Shown piece by piece: positions 63,901-64,000 of a stretch of 64,000 bases of DNA (the stretch's first letter is position 1; each line of letters begins with the position of its first letter). The notes under the pieces are model-generated. The model was given only the letters and a program-made list of their open reading frames with translations, made no database searches and was not told the DNA's origin. Source of the stretch: Pecten maximus (Eukaryota); contig NW_022979575.1 of NCBI RefSeq assembly GCF_902652985.1, forward strand, positions 1 to 64,000, given 5' to 3'. The position numbers and the translations under genes were made by a program.

Positions 63901-64000
63901 GGGTTCAGAGATTTAGGATGCGTCTCATGCGATATGACTACAGCATCATGCATGTGCCCGGTAAACTACTGTATACCGCAGATGCTCTATCCAGAGCCCC
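60988..64000 (+). mobile_element. Ty3/Gypsy (Mag-like) LTR retrotransposon, 5' part
   Basis: Putative 184-bp LTR TG(60988)..CA(61171). PBS TGGTGTCAGAAGT at 61172, complementary to a tRNA-Leu 3' end. Single gag-pol ORF. Confidence 0.93.
61437..64000 (+). CDS. gag-pol: Gag-Pol polyprotein (Gag with zinc knuckles, protease, RT, RNase H), truncated by the window end
   Basis: MATYQVQPPENF..EEWPKW..RFERFR; CHRCG..H..CPAK..CRKCRKKGHYAKKC; FKIDTGADVT; RLPFG; QMDD; ADASSYGIGG; ETDHKPL; ADALSR. The ATG, protease and QMDD were checked to share a frame. Missing from the ORF track, consistent with no stop in the window. Confidence 0.95.
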   Translation, partial: MATYQVQPPENFTFNKPEEWPKWLMRFERFRVAAGLGAKEGPIQVNTFIYSMGGQAEDIIKSFGLSDEDAKKYEKVVEKFDNYFITRRNTIFERARFNHRKQNEGETAESFIMALYSLVEHCEYGDLKSEMIRDRIVVGIRDSRLSEKLQLDATLTLEKAVNQVRQSEAVKQQQSIVRDRDPIASSSQADSNVDAVFQKGPKHKFSGNRKSSENRKSSENRKASENRKSFNNQTNPECHRCGFRHRKGSCPAKDAECRKCRKKGHYAKKCRSTVGEVQSFLGAVESKGSLPWNIDLVIQTGQTHTPVNFKIDTGADVTAIPESVFQRIGQKLESSTRVLQGPGQNRLKVLGKFSSKLCTEKGTRAETDIYVIKTLSKPLLGRPAIEKLNLVKTVASVQSAGSIQERYPKLFSGLGKIEGDYTIKLRDNATPFALTSPRRVALPLLDKVKDELARMESLGVISPVEEPTDWCSGLVVVPKKDGTVRICVDLTQLNKSVRREHLQLPSVEQTLHRLTGAKVFSKIDANSGFWQIPLEQSSRLLTTFITPCGRYCFNRLPFGISSAPEHFQRRMCNLLDNVPGVVCQMDDMLIFGTSQEEHDKRLNTVLQKVEKAGITLNSDKCEFSKKSVTFVGHVIDETGIRPDPAKVKAIVNFEAPTNVSEVRRFMGMVNQLGRFSPNIAEHSKPIRDLLQKDSAWTWDIPQEHAFELIKQELSSTPVLSLYDPRATTKISADASSYGIGGVILQRPKDSSEDDWRPVGYASRSMSATEQRYAQLEKEALAVTWMCEKSSDLLTGIHFQIETDHKPLVPLLGSKAISELPPRVQRFRMRLMRYDYSIMHVPGKLLYTADALSRA

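Overview
AT-rich, intron-containing eukaryotic DNA. It is probably a mollusc or bivalve, inferred only from the repeat types. No intact host protein-coding gene is recognisable; the window is almost entirely nested transposable elements. The centrepiece is an ISL2EU-type (PIF/Harbinger-related) DNA transposon at 22016-41819 with an ATA target duplication. It carries two convergent spliced genes: a 464-aa THAP + DDE transposase (+) and a 594-aa SWIM + YqaJ/lambda-exonuclease + ING-type PHD protein (-). Nested in it are a 3.7-kb foldback element (8-bp TSD), a 119-bp palindromic MITE, and a 9.4-kb Harbinger element (CTG TSD) with a spliced transposase and a spliced Myb/SANT gene, both disabled. 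After a 500-N gap, 18533-32139 reappears nearly identically at 46826-59859. That copy has a different set of insertions: Kolobok-like, Helentron/HINE, Tigger-like and P-like elements, plus an apparently intact Mag-like Gypsy LTR retrotransposon running off the window end. The two copies look like haplotypes or a young tandem duplication. Also present: a 1.56-kb-arm inverted duplication at the window start, hAT and P-like MITEs, a tRNA-SINE, LINE and Penelope remnants, satellites, and several minimal hammerhead-ribozyme motifs, two of them arranged as a palindrome.
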